Below, in pieces: positions 8,008-17,016 of a stretch of 20,000 nt of DNA. Below the pieces are notes generated by a model. The model made no database searches. It was not told the DNA's origin and worked only from the letters and a program-made list of their open reading frames with translations. This DNA is from an uncultured virus (IMG/VR IMGVR_UViG_3300046692_000582) (taxonomy: Duplodnaviria; Heunggongvirae; Uroviricota; Caudoviricetes). Position numbers and translations under genes: made by a program. Every line of letters begins with the position of its first letter. Position 1 is the stretch's first letter. The stretch lies in the IMG/VR virus record IMGVR_UViG_3300046692_000582. One strand, given 5' to 3'.

Positions 8008-8214
8008 ATGAGCATGTACGAAGTGGACAATCTGATAGCGGGCCTTGAAATTCTCAAGCGATACAAGCCGTCCATGGGCATCTATGCCAGCGGTCGGGCA
8101 AGACAAACCCTTGAAACTCAAGAGGATGAGTTTGGCGACATTGCGCCTGCTGATCGAGCGCGGTTGCTTGAGTTGGGCTGGGAAACGAATGGAGCCTTTG
8201 TCTGGAGGATGTAA
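8008..8214 (+). CDS. small hypothetical protein (68 aa)
   Basis: AGGGA upstream of ATG 8008; plausible protein composition. Confidence 0.6.
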   Translation: MSMYEVDNLIAGLEILKRYKPSMGIYASGRARQTLETQEDEFGDIAPADRARLLELGWETNGAFVWRM

Positions 8215-8300
8215 AGAACCTCCCTCAAAGCACGCCGCCACACCAGCGCGTGGGGCGGTCATTGTGAGGTGGGCAAATCTGGAAATTACGCCCTGCCCGC

Positions 8301-8495
8301 TTAAAACTCAATGATGGTATAGCCGGAACTTTTGGGATTTGAATGGGATTCAAGCTCCTTGAGTTGCTCCGGGGTGTAACCGAATTGCGTTAGGGTGGGA
8401 AGTCTGGAAATCGCCAATCCGGTCTTGGCGTCCAGGCGGGCCTGATCGTTGCTGGCGTGTTCCTGGGTGTTGAGCTGTTGTTTTTCATCTTTCAC
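8301..8495 (-). CDS. small hypothetical protein (64 aa)
   Basis: AGGAG RBS, GTG start. Confidence 0.6.
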   Translation of the reverse strand: MKDEKQQLNTQEHASNDQARLDAKTGLAISRLPTLTQFGYTPEQLKELESHSNPKSSGYTIIEF

Positions 8496-8546
8496 TTTTC
8501 TCTCCTATGACGCACCAACGGGCGTCTGTTGTTTGAATTGAATGGC

Positions 8547-8753
8547 TTATCGGCGCGCAAGATCGGCACACGTCAGGCCGATGATGATGGCGATTGTCGC
8601 CACCAACGCCGCAGGAATGCCGTCATGTACGATTCTCGCTTCCATTGACCAACTGAATAGCGGAGCCATGTGCTGCAATGCCGGATCAAGCACAAAGGTG
8701 TAGATGCCCAGCAATCCAGAAATGATTGCCAACAGTGTTATGGGTGCCCACAT
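8547..8753 (-). CDS. small two-TM membrane protein (68 aa)
   Basis: AAGGA RBS; two hydrophobic segments. Confidence 0.65.
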   Translation of the reverse strand: MWAPITLLAIISGLLGIYTFVLDPALQHMAPLFSWSMEARIVHDGIPAALVATIAIIIGLTCADLARR

Positions 8754-8816
8754 GTCATTTTTCCTTAATCAATAAGTTGTTTGTGTATGGGGAATTGTCA
8801 ATTACAGCCCTTTCGC

Positions 8817-9053
8817 TCACCGAAACGCGAGATCCCTGCGCACATTTCTGTCTTCCGCCTCAAGCGATTCGAGCAGTTGATCGCGCCCTTTAAAGTCGAC
8901 TAGACCCAGATCCCATATCGTCATGATGATGGTTTTTGCTGTTTCGTAACTAACTTGACGGAAGCTATCGTTCGGACTGTTTGGAAGCCTTTCGATGTGC
9001 CATAGAATGGTCCGAATTTGTTCCTGTTTCTTGTCTTCAGAAATTTGATGCAT
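8817..9053 (-). CDS. hypothetical protein (78 aa)
   Basis: GAGGG RBS; part of a minus-strand gene run. Confidence 0.65.
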   Translation of the reverse strand: MHQISEDKKQEQIRTILWHIERLPNSPNDSFRQVSYETAKTIIMTIWDLGLVDFKGRDQLLESLEAEDRNVRRDLAFR

Positions 9054-9120
9054 GCCGCCCTCTGAACACTTCTAGTCAGCCTTAACCGATCTTGCCCGCG
9101 CATAGCGTGGAATGCAGTGC

Positions 9121-9396
9121 TTAAAAGGCCACAGATGCCTTGAGGAGCCTTTCAGCCTCATTGACGTCGTCGTGATAGGCCACACGAACCCGCTTGCAGC
9201 TCAGGGTATGCACGTACAAGCTGGCGTATCCGCCACCATCGTCAGGCCTTACCCGCTGCAAAGAAGCAATTAGTCCGGGGTTGTTGAGGTAGTGTTCCAG
9301 ATTCCTTTTTACCCGGTGACCATCGAGCATTGCGCCAATGGCAAAAAGCGCCATCGTCAGCACGGTAAGCAGCAAAATCTCAAGTGACGTATTCAT
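9121..9396 (-). CDS. hypothetical protein with N-terminal TM anchor (91 aa)
   Basis: ATG 9396 is 1 bp after the upstream stop; hydrophobic N-terminus. Confidence 0.7.
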   Translation of the reverse strand: MNTSLEILLLTVLTMALFAIGAMLDGHRVKRNLEHYLNNPGLIASLQRVRPDDGGGYASLYVHTLSCKRVRVAYHDDVNEAERLLKASVAF

Positions 9397-9397
9397 C

Positions 9398-9868
9398 TCA
9401 CTGCCTTCCAATTTTGTCGGTAACTTCAGACAGCCACTTGGCAGGCAGCTCAGTGTCAAGGATCGCCTGAATGGCGACTTCTTCGCTCACATCATCGATG
9501 TTAACGAGCAGCGACCAATTGTCTTCAATCATCTGACTCAGCGATTGCCCGAGTGCTTTGCTGGCAAAGATGGAAATGATTCGTTTCTTTGTAATCTGTT
9601 TGCCAAGAGCAACGACCAGCAGGCAATCTGGAGCCTCGGTTTCTTGCAAATAGTGCCAATTTCCAATCCCACAAGCATCATCGAACAACGCGGCGTCTTC
9701 TGAGAGAAAGTCGCCATTCCCCTCATAACGAGCATTGATGCCTACGATGTGATCGTTCTTGCGATTATCAACTGACAAATACCACTGTCCTACAACAGGT
9801 TCGGCCTCAATAAAGACGCCAGCGGCAGTTTTGATCGTGCACAAAAGCGTGCGTGGTACTGTGTTCAT
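9398..9868 (-). CDS. hypothetical protein (156 aa)
   Basis: ATG 9868 follows the upstream stop closely. Confidence 0.7.
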   Translation of the reverse strand: MNTVPRTLLCTIKTAAGVFIEAEPVVGQWYLSVDNRKNDHIVGINARYEGNGDFLSEDAALFDDACGIGNWHYLQETEAPDCLLVVALGKQITKKRIISIFASKALGQSLSQMIEDNWSLLVNIDDVSEEVAIQAILDTELPAKWLSEVTDKIGRQ

Positions 9869-9872
9869 GACC

Positions 9873-10232
9873 CTATCCTTGTTTGTGTTTGATACAGGCT
9901 TTTGGGCCATTCATGCGCGGATATTCTCTTCCATCCGGCCCATACCGGACTTCCCCCTTGGGTTCCTTTACAAGCTCAAGAATCTCAACCCCACCACCCA
10001 AATTTGGGTTTGAATCGGACTTCTTAAACTCGTACGCCAAGCCGTTGATGCAAATATCGGTAGAGGTGTTGCTAGTGTTCATGTCCAGCTGAATTGAGTG
10101 CTGCCTTGAAAGGATTAGCGCAAAAGCCACAATCCCAATCATCACACCGAAACCAACGAAAATTGCCGTTGCAGCAACAACTCTCCGACGAGTACCTATC
10201 GTCATCGACGACGGCATTTCTTGATTGTTCAT
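9873..10232 (-). CDS. single-pass membrane protein (119 aa)
   Basis: RRR followed by a TM helix; two Cys in the predicted external part; ATGA overlap with the upstream gene. Confidence 0.75.
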   Translation of the reverse strand: MNNQEMPSSMTIGTRRRVVAATAIFVGFGVMIGIVAFALILSRQHSIQLDMNTSNTSTDICINGLAYEFKKSDSNPNLGGGVEILELVKEPKGEVRYGPDGREYPRMNGPKACIKHKQG

Positions 10233-10675
10233 ACCGCCTGCCCTACTGCACGATGAATCTGATAAAAGTCCTGACCAAACCCGCCGCCACCGAAATACAT
10301 CTCGAAGAAAGCGTATTCTAGGTAGGCAATCGGGCCAGATTGAATATCCTGAGGGTCCAGAGGCTTGAGGTGGATCGCCTTTTCGTACTCCGGTGCCACC
10401 ACCTGATTGTGAGGACGGAAGGCTTCTACTTGCACCAGACTGAGGGAATCCAGATAGGCAGAGTCGGCCAGATACATGCTTCCAGGCTTCAGGTCATCAA
10501 AGGCCTTAATCTTCTCGCCCAACACCCAACCAGTGAAATCGTATTTGGAAGAACCCCGCCATTGAGACACAGGTTGACCCGCCGCTGGAACCTCCGGCTT
10601 GCTCAAGCCGGTTGGTTTTGGTTTGACGACAATTGAAACCACGGGACTGCGCGACTTTGTGCGAATTACGGGCAT
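10229..10675 (-). CDS. hypothetical protein with one WR-W(I/V)LGE-F(D/E)DL domain
   Basis: PAAGQPVSQWR...GWVLGEKIKAFDDLKPG. Start is 10675 (AAGG RBS) or 10750. Confidence 0.8.
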   Translation of the reverse strand: MPVIRTKSRSPVVSIVVKPKPTGLSKPEVPAAGQPVSQWRGSSKYDFTGWVLGEKIKAFDDLKPGSMYLADSAYLDSLSLVQVEAFRPHNQVVAPEYEKAIHLKPLDPQDIQSGPIAYLEYAFFEMYFGGGGFGQDFYQIHRAVGQAV

Positions 10676-10761
10676 GTTTGGCCTTCTTGATAAATTATAG
10701 AGTTTGAATCCCTCTACCGAGGGTAATTGCCCAGCGGTTCTCTGGTGCATCGTGGATTCGC

Positions 10762-11139
10762 TTATATGACCTCGGTGTCTTCACTGATGGCGACAGTGAT
10801 GTCTTGCCATTGGGCAGTGCGAAGCCATGCCCAGAACTCTGGAAGGCCTTGCCCAGCCTCCTGAAGCGTCTCCCACGCCTCATGATTCAGCGGATTGGTG
10901 GGGTACTCTTTGCAAGCGGCGCGTGACATGGCGCTGTCCAGGAACATTGTGTCCATTTTCCAGACCAAAAAATCGTAGGATCGCCAATCCATGCGCAGGT
11001 GGGTCGCGTATTCGGCATCGCACGTGTAGCCGTAATGATCGGGGTAATTGACGTCGCTTTCATCTACGAAGTTTCGGTATACCATTCCAAGCAATGGGTG
11101 CGGGGCGCCGATGATAATGGCTTCATTCTTGTCAATCAT
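10762..11139 (-). CDS. hypothetical protein (125 aa)
   Basis: ORF within a tightly packed minus-strand run. Confidence 0.7.
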   Translation of the reverse strand: MIDKNEAIIIGAPHPLLGMVYRNFVDESDVNYPDHYGYTCDAEYATHLRMDWRSYDFLVWKMDTMFLDSAMSRAACKEYPTNPLNHEAWETLQEAGQGLPEFWAWLRTAQWQDITVAISEDTEVI

Positions 11140-11155
11140 ATGGGATGCGTCTTAC

Positions 11156-11923
11156 TTAGCTACATTTCTTAATGGCTTGCACTTGATGGTCGGCAAGTAT
11201 CGTCGAATTGGGTTTTGGAATGCCGGTTGGAAGGCGTTCAATCAGAGGGAAAAGCCCAAAGGTGTTGCCTTGGCAGATCGGTTCATGCATATAACCGAGT
11301 GGTACTACCAAATTGACCTTCTCGATCAAATCACCACAGGCCTTGATGTCAATTTGTGCATACCAAGCCTCTTGTGGTCGAGTTAGTTCACCGGAGTATC
11401 GGCATCCGTTGAGACCATCAAAGTTTACTGGAACACCTGAGTCTGGAGTAATGGCCTTATTGTTGAGGACTTTTAGGCCGGTCTTGATGTTCTGATCGGT
11501 GATGAGCACGCTAGTGTTATCAGACGGAAACTTTACTTCGCCTTTTGTTGATGCCTCGTTGAGCAGCTTCCAGTCAATTCCGAAATTTGCCATGCCTGTG
11601 TAATGACACACGACAATTTTATCAGCAGCAAGCTCATGACACGCCCCACCTGCTTGTTTAGCGTCTGCAACGACTTTGGCTGCCTGATTAGAGTTTACGA
11701 CTTTGTGCTCTTCCCAGTGTTCTTGAGGAGCAATCTTGACATCGAAAGTTTTTACTTCGACGGAAAATTGATCTTTCTCCCGGCGTTCTTCAGTGTACGT
11801 CTTGATTGCGGCTGCTTGTGCAAGATCTGTAGCTCGTTTTACATCCAGGCTTTCAGTCGAGCTATCCGCCGCCATGGCTGCGCATGAAAGAAAGGCCATG
11901 GTGGTGGCGATTAGTATTTTCAT
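11156..11923 (-). CDS. exported protein with Sec signal peptide (255 aa)
   Basis: MKILIATTMAFLSCAAMA|ADS signal peptide with AxA site; AGGA RBS; six Cys in the mature part. Confidence 0.8.
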   Translation of the reverse strand: MKILIATTMAFLSCAAMAADSSTESLDVKRATDLAQAAAIKTYTEERREKDQFSVEVKTFDVKIAPQEHWEEHKVVNSNQAAKVVADAKQAGGACHELAADKIVVCHYTGMANFGIDWKLLNEASTKGEVKFPSDNTSVLITDQNIKTGLKVLNNKAITPDSGVPVNFDGLNGCRYSGELTRPQEAWYAQIDIKACGDLIEKVNLVVPLGYMHEPICQGNTFGLFPLIERLPTGIPKPNSTILADHQVQAIKKCS

Positions 11924-11985
11924 TCAAAACATCCTAAATAATATGCCACCGAGAATTTCGGCGGCTCAAGTCTTTTGACGATCAT

Positions 11986-12714
11986 TTACTTTTGTTCAAA
12001 AAACACTTCGTATTGAGGCATATTTCTATACCGTTCAAAATCATCCCTCCAGAGAGTAATGACTCTTGTGCTTTTCTCCGCCTCTTTTCCTGGAGTAATC
12101 CATCGAAATCCAATGGAATGGTATTGCGAAATGGCTTGAGTCTGCTTACTGCCCTCCTCCATTCTTGCAATAACCAGTCGATTACCCTGAACTTTGAGAT
12201 AGAAGTGCCCTTCTGTGAGATCGTCGAAGTGCTTAATCTCTTCACCCATCACCCAGGATCGAAAATCCTGCTGGCCTTCTGGGCGCCATGAGTAACTGAG
12301 GCGCTGCCCAGGCTTGGGAATTTGTACTTCAGGCAAGATCGATGCGGGGGCATAGAAAACCTCCCATGCAGCTTTCCAGGCGCCGCCCTCGAAGTTTTCT
12401 GGATGGATTGGATGCTCTTGAGTATCGATGGGCTCTTTATCATCCAGAATAACGTAAGTTCCAAAAAACTTGGTGTCGAGACTGTCCGACGACCTTACTT
12501 TCATCAGGAACAGGCGATCCTGAATGGCGTTGTCGCTCAGGTAATAGCTACCGTCCTTGAGGTCATCAAAGCCAGTAACCTGCTCGCCCAAAATCCAGCT
12601 CTGCAAATTTTGCGGGCCTTCGGTGCGCCAAGACTGATTGATGCGCTGACCGATCTTCGGAAAGCGAATGCCCATTGGATCGTATTCCTGCATGATATGC
12701 CCCATAAATCTCAT
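11986..12714 (-). CDS. hypothetical protein with two tandem WR-W(I/V)(L/M)GE-FDDL domains (242 aa)
   Basis: Internal duplication: PKIGQRINQSWR..SWILGEQVTGFDDLKDG and PKPGQRLSYSWR..SWVMGEEIKHFDDLTEG. Confidence 0.85.
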   Translation of the reverse strand: MRFMGHIMQEYDPMGIRFPKIGQRINQSWRTEGPQNLQSWILGEQVTGFDDLKDGSYYLSDNAIQDRLFLMKVRSSDSLDTKFFGTYVILDDKEPIDTQEHPIHPENFEGGAWKAAWEVFYAPASILPEVQIPKPGQRLSYSWRPEGQQDFRSWVMGEEIKHFDDLTEGHFYLKVQGNRLVIARMEEGSKQTQAISQYHSIGFRWITPGKEAEKSTRVITLWRDDFERYRNMPQYEVFFEQK

Positions 12715-12830
12715 TTGTAAGCGACGCAGTTTTTTCGCCCGCCATGCTGATTGCCATGCGGTTCGCCAGTCGGTTTTTAATTAATGCATTGAGACATCAT
12801 CATTTCCGACAAAGGATATATTGCAGAAAT

Positions 12831-12858
12831 ATAATATCAGCAAATAAAACAATGTCAA
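12831..12858 (-). promoter_or_regulatory. sigma70 promoter for the leftward gene run
   Basis: TTGACA (12858-12853), 16 bp, TATTAT (12836-12831). Confidence 0.7.
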
Positions 12859-12899
12859 TTCAATCGACTAAGATGATTACTTCATTTTTGACAATGCAG

Positions 12900-12937
12900 T
12901 TGACATCATCCCGCTTCCCGCTATAATAAGGCATCAA
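12900..12937 (+). promoter_or_regulatory. consensus sigma70 promoter, CATCAA class
   Basis: TTGACA (12900-12905), 16 bp, TATAAT (12922-12927), 4 bp, CATCAA. Confidence 0.82.
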
Positions 12938-13005
12938 CAAAGCATTCGTCGATCTATTTTAGATTAGATTTCGCTCGATAAGTTACCTTTCTAGTGGTGA
13001 GCACT

Positions 13006-13305
13006 ATGAGTCAATATCCAAATCTGGTGGCAAGACAAATTGGGCCAAAAGGTGACAAAAGTCATTCTTTTCAAGCTGTGAAAGTTACGCAAGACCGACT
13101 TTACGATCTAAGGTCTGCGATGGCCAGCGCTGCTGTTAAGGCAGCCAACCCCTTTTTGCAAGGAAATAGTGGTGAATGGATCATGATTGAATTCTGGACG
13201 AAGGATTTGGATCTCGTTAATGCGGCGTGCCAAAACTTGGCTGAATCGCTTCATACGCCATTGTTTCAAGGGGATTTTTCTCGAAAAGAATTGGGCTTGG
13301 AATAG
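13006..13305 (+). CDS. hypothetical protein (99 aa)
   Basis: Lies between a promoter and a terminator; ATG 13006. Confidence 0.75.
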   Translation: MSQYPNLVARQIGPKGDKSHSFQAVKVTQDRLYDLRSAMASAAVKAANPFLQGNSGEWIMIEFWTKDLDLVNAACQNLAESLHTPLFQGDFSRKELGLE

Positions 13306-13319
13306 GCAGCTAATATTTC

Positions 13320-13345
13320 AAAAAACCGGCGCAATGTCCGGTTTT
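13320..13345. terminator. bidirectional intrinsic terminator
   Basis: AAAAAACCGG-CGCAATGT-CCGGTTTT between convergent genes. Confidence 0.65.
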
Positions 13346-13374
13346 CATTCTAAGCACTCCAGTGCCTCATCAGG

Positions 13375-13743
13375 TTAATCGCACATCGGATCCCCATGCT
13401 TTTGCAGGTACTCCAGCTGTTCAGGTGACAGCGTTGCGTATTTGAGAGGGGCTCCGCCATGCTTCCACGGGCCAGCCTCTGGCTCACCCGCCTCTTCGAT
13501 TCGGCCCATTGCATCCAAAAGCTTGGATGAGCTGGCAGAATGAGGATTTTTCATAATGCCAAGCAAGTACCGGGTCAGTCGAACCTTGCCGAATTTGCTT
13601 TTTGGATTGATGGCGTGTCCTTTGATCTCTTTGATCGCCTGCGCCAACAGATCCAGAAACTCCAGGTGTTTGGGTTCTAGAGGCTCTTTTTGCTGACGCA
13701 TTTTGTGTTTCGGTGACACTTTGCTAATTTCGATTCCAAACAT
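13375..13743 (-). CDS. hypothetical basic protein (122 aa)
   Basis: GAGG RBS; directly downstream of the VWA gene. Confidence 0.7.
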   Translation of the reverse strand: MFGIEISKVSPKHKMRQQKEPLEPKHLEFLDLLAQAIKEIKGHAINPKSKFGKVRLTRYLLGIMKNPHSASSSKLLDAMGRIEEAGEPEAGPWKHGGAPLKYATLSPEQLEYLQKHGDPMCD

Positions 13744-13787
13744 AAAACCTCGCTGAACGCCTGCGCTTGTCTTTGCGTGATATTAAC

Positions 13788-15215
13788 TCACTGATCAAAT
13801 TCGGTCACCCTGAATACTTCACTGATTTGTGGCAGCGCGGATGTGTCATAGGTCGGCACCAGATACCAAAACCAGTTTCTGAAATTAATGCTGTAGTTCT
13901 CATGGACGTTACTGAACTCGCCATCCGTCAGCACAAACACGCCATCAAATTTAATCTCCTTTGACAGCTCCATGGCGTGTTCGTAGACGTTTTCAATCCA
14001 TGTCCCGCCACTGAAGAACTTCGGTTCCTTGAGGTCAATTGCCTCAACTGTCCCGGCAAAAATGTAGGTGTACAGTTCGTACTTGTCTTCGGGCAAGTTT
14101 TTGATCAACGACAGCATGCGCTTGATGTAATCAAAGCAGGATCCAGATGTATCCATGTAGACCAGAATCTTCAGCTTTTCCTGTTCTGGTTTGATTGGCA
14201 CGCGCAAGGACCCAGGCAGCGTGACGCCGGGATTGATTCGTTTCATTACGTCATACAGGCGATTGTTTGGACGACTCCATGAGGCTTTTGATTCGCGCTC
14301 TTTTGAGCGCTTGTTGACTGTTCTGAGGGTGATTGCGAACACGTCATCAAGGCTGCGAGTGACTTCGACCTTGACCGTGAACTGCCCAAAATTCTCATTG
14401 CTGTACGATCCGGACTTCCCCTTGGATGGATGGGTGTTGTTGAGCAGGTCTTCATCAGTGATGTCGTCACCCAGGAACTGATTGATCAGCGCCTGTTCCT
14501 GCATCACCGATTCCCATGAACGAGACTGGTGCTCACTGTGCTGAGCTTGTGCCTGCGCCGGACCTTCAGTCCCGGTGGCAACTGAACGGTAACCATGGGT
14601 CTCCAGCACCTTCTCAGCGCTGCACTCAACGTCCATTGCGTGCTGATGTTTGAGCCAGACTCGGGCATAGAACTCAAACGTTTCATTCAAAGGCAATTGC
14701 TCGACTGCCAGCACCTCTTTAGGAAATACGGTGTCGACAAAGCACAGTCCGCCCTCAAACTGCATCAGCGCCCGGTCAAAACCGTAAGCTGGTGATACCA
14801 GTCCTTCATTGATTTCAATGTCCTGAATGACGTTCAACAGATCGTTGGTCAACAGCTGGTACTGACCACCCTCTTGTTTGATTTCTTCGATCAATACTTG
14901 CTCGCGCTGACAGTGCTTACGCAGGACGTGCATGATTTCGTGCGCCAGGATAAAGCACTGTTTCATGAATCCGATAGAAGCCCAAAACGTTGAGTTGATC
15001 AAAAATCGAAAGCAGCGCCCTTCCCTATCAAAGATGACGGCAGCCCGCTCCACCGAGGGGTCGAATTGAGGGTGCGCCAGCTCATTCATGAAGCTGTATA
15101 GCAGCATGGCGTGCGTTCGGAGAAACGCGGCATGGGCCGGAGTCAGCACCTCGTCACAGCGCGACACGATGCTGTGGCGAAAGGCCGAGTTATCCTGAGT
15201 AACCCGTTGGCTCAT
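13788..15215 (-). CDS. DUF2201-type putative metallopeptidase / VWA domain protein (475 aa)
   Basis: ILAHEIMHV (HExxH) and DIEINE in the N-terminal half; MIDAS YMDTSGS, GGT and VLTDG in the C-terminal half. ATG 15215 is 4 bp after the ATPase stop. Confidence 0.88.
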   Translation of the reverse strand: MSQRVTQDNSAFRHSIVSRCDEVLTPAHAAFLRTHAMLLYSFMNELAHPQFDPSVERAAVIFDREGRCFRFLINSTFWASIGFMKQCFILAHEIMHVLRKHCQREQVLIEEIKQEGGQYQLLTNDLLNVIQDIEINEGLVSPAYGFDRALMQFEGGLCFVDTVFPKEVLAVEQLPLNETFEFYARVWLKHQHAMDVECSAEKVLETHGYRSVATGTEGPAQAQAQHSEHQSRSWESVMQEQALINQFLGDDITDEDLLNNTHPSKGKSGSYSNENFGQFTVKVEVTRSLDDVFAITLRTVNKRSKERESKASWSRPNNRLYDVMKRINPGVTLPGSLRVPIKPEQEKLKILVYMDTSGSCFDYIKRMLSLIKNLPEDKYELYTYIFAGTVEAIDLKEPKFFSGGTWIENVYEHAMELSKEIKFDGVFVLTDGEFSNVHENYSINFRNWFWYLVPTYDTSALPQISEVFRVTEFDQ

Positions 15216-15219
15216 TGGG

Positions 15220-16893
15220 TTACACCCCTGCCATCTTGTCAAAGAACGCATCCATGGTTTTGATTGGGTGCGGGTTTTTGCTGGTGCAGTAATTGGTGAA
15301 GTCGCCAATCGACTCGATCAGGTTTTCGCCAAATTGTGCGTACAGTACTGGCGCCACGTTATTTGAGCGCAGCAGTTTGGTGGCAGCGACATGAAATGCC
15401 TTGAACGTGCGGTTTCCGAAGTAACCAGCAGAGCCTCCACCCCTCAGTGTATGTTCCAGTTCCAGTGCCTTGAGCGCGCCGCCAATGCCCACCATGTCAC
15501 CCAGGAAGCGCATGGCGCCCTCATCTTCAATGCGCTTGCTCACAAAGACCTGAAAGTCATAAGTGGCGAAGTTGGACACCGCTCTCAAGATTTTCGACAG
15601 CTGCGTTTCGTCCTGTTTGGAGTGACGGGCATAGCTCATGACGAACAGCAATTTAGAATGGATGTCAGGCAGGTCGTCGGTCAGGATTTTCCAGGCGCAC
15701 ATCGCAGCTAGCAGCCGATCAGAACGCCCCAATTCCAGCGTTGGCGTCATTGGGTGGCAAACGGTGGCCAGGGTGTAGATTTGGCTGAATGCTTCAAAAA
15801 CTGGCTCCATGAAGGGGATGGAGGAACCCTTGCTGGTGCCGATTATTGAGGCCTTCGAGGGGCCGTTGTTGATTTTCGCCAACAATTCAGTGAGTTTGAA
15901 ATCGCTATTGAGCACAGGCGCCAGCGGCGTATTTTCGCTGTTGAACAGGCCTGCCGTGACGATCAGGTCGGAGAGCCCTGCCGTCTCCGGGGCGCGCTGA
16001 ATCAGCTCGTCCACAACGGCTTTGGACAAGTTAGGCAGCACTTTTTGCTTGAACACTTGTTGATGTTTTTTGAAAAACTCAGCGTGCTCAATAACCCGCT
16101 GCGCCGAAAAATACTCGGGAATTTCTTCTGTCTTCAGGGCATCAATGATCGACAGGATCGAATCCTTGTTCTGCTTTTCCTTGACGCTCTTAAGTAGGCT
16201 GGTGGCATTAATCGCATCCGGCAGGTAATGCTTGAGGTTATCGCCTTCCAGAATGCATTGCACCGCGTCGTCCAGGCGTCTTGGCGAGCACAGCAGTTGG
16301 TGCTCGTAATCCAGATTTCGCCACCACTTCACGGCGACATCGCCCACGCTTTTGCCAAACTTCTGGTGGAAAAACTCGGGCACCACATCGTAGGGGAAAT
16401 GAATTTGTGCTTGAAAGCGGTCTTCTTGCGCAAGATCAAGCACGTCCACGTCGTACTCGCCACCGTGTGAGGGGTTAATGGCGGTCCAGACCACTTCTAG
16501 GTTCTTGAATTTGCGCCCATTGACGCTTTTGCGCTGCAACAGCTCCATGAAGCCGTTTCGGGCCTCTTTGCTGGCTCGATTGAATTCGTCCACGTAAATG
16601 GCGCGAATGTCTGCACTCAACTGCTCAGGCGGCACCATGCGAGTAACTTCCTCGCCCCGGTCGTTTTTAACAAACAGAGGAATTCCCAGCAGGGTGATCC
16701 AGGGGTCCATGGTCGCGCCGTTAAAGTAGACCCAGTCTTTGCCTTCCTCACCATAGACCTCATCAAAAACATCAATGATCACGCCGGTTTTACCGACGCC
16801 ATGACGCCCTGTAATCATGAGGTTTTTACGTCTGCGAGCGATGAGCTTGAGTTCATCGTGACCCGCAAACATGGATGGTGCAGATTTAGACAT
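15220..16893 (-). CDS. MoxR-like AAA+ ATPase with long C-terminal extension (557 aa)
   Basis: Walker A GRHGVGKT, Walker B IYVDEFNR, sensor-1 AINP, Arg finger DLAQEDRF; AGGAGG RBS at ATG 16893. Confidence 0.9.
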   Translation of the reverse strand: MSKSAPSMFAGHDELKLIARRRKNLMITGRHGVGKTGVIIDVFDEVYGEEGKDWVYFNGATMDPWITLLGIPLFVKNDRGEEVTRMVPPEQLSADIRAIYVDEFNRASKEARNGFMELLQRKSVNGRKFKNLEVVWTAINPSHGGEYDVDVLDLAQEDRFQAQIHFPYDVVPEFFHQKFGKSVGDVAVKWWRNLDYEHQLLCSPRRLDDAVQCILEGDNLKHYLPDAINATSLLKSVKEKQNKDSILSIIDALKTEEIPEYFSAQRVIEHAEFFKKHQQVFKQKVLPNLSKAVVDELIQRAPETAGLSDLIVTAGLFNSENTPLAPVLNSDFKLTELLAKINNGPSKASIIGTSKGSSIPFMEPVFEAFSQIYTLATVCHPMTPTLELGRSDRLLAAMCAWKILTDDLPDIHSKLLFVMSYARHSKQDETQLSKILRAVSNFATYDFQVFVSKRIEDEGAMRFLGDMVGIGGALKALELEHTLRGGGSAGYFGNRTFKAFHVAATKLLRSNNVAPVLYAQFGENLIESIGDFTNYCTSKNPHPIKTMDAFFDKMAGV

Positions 16894-16915
16894 ATGTCCT
16901 CCTAGTATTGGCATT

Positions 16916-16944
16916 AATATGTCAAAAACACAAAATAATGTCAA
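16916..16944 (-). promoter_or_regulatory. probable sigma70 promoter of the ATPase-VWA operon
   Basis: TTGACA (16944-16939), 17 bp, CATATT (16921-16916). Confidence 0.55.
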
Positions 16945-17016
16945 TATAAATGGCGCATTCTATTTCGGCGCGATTCTGGTTAAAGGTTATGTTTCCAAGC
17001 TGATAATAATGCCATA

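Noticed and set aside
10686..10700. TATAAT-TT-ATCAAG upstream of 10675, and a similar ATCAAG near 1665-1670
   Set aside because: Wrong spacing to the -10 and no usable -35, so not counted in the CATCAA class.
1787..11139. Possible homology between the proteins at 1787-2194 and 10762-11139 (FVETGD/FVDESD; QESLP..W/GQGLP..W)
   Set aside because: Too few matching residues to support by eye; it needs a profile comparison.
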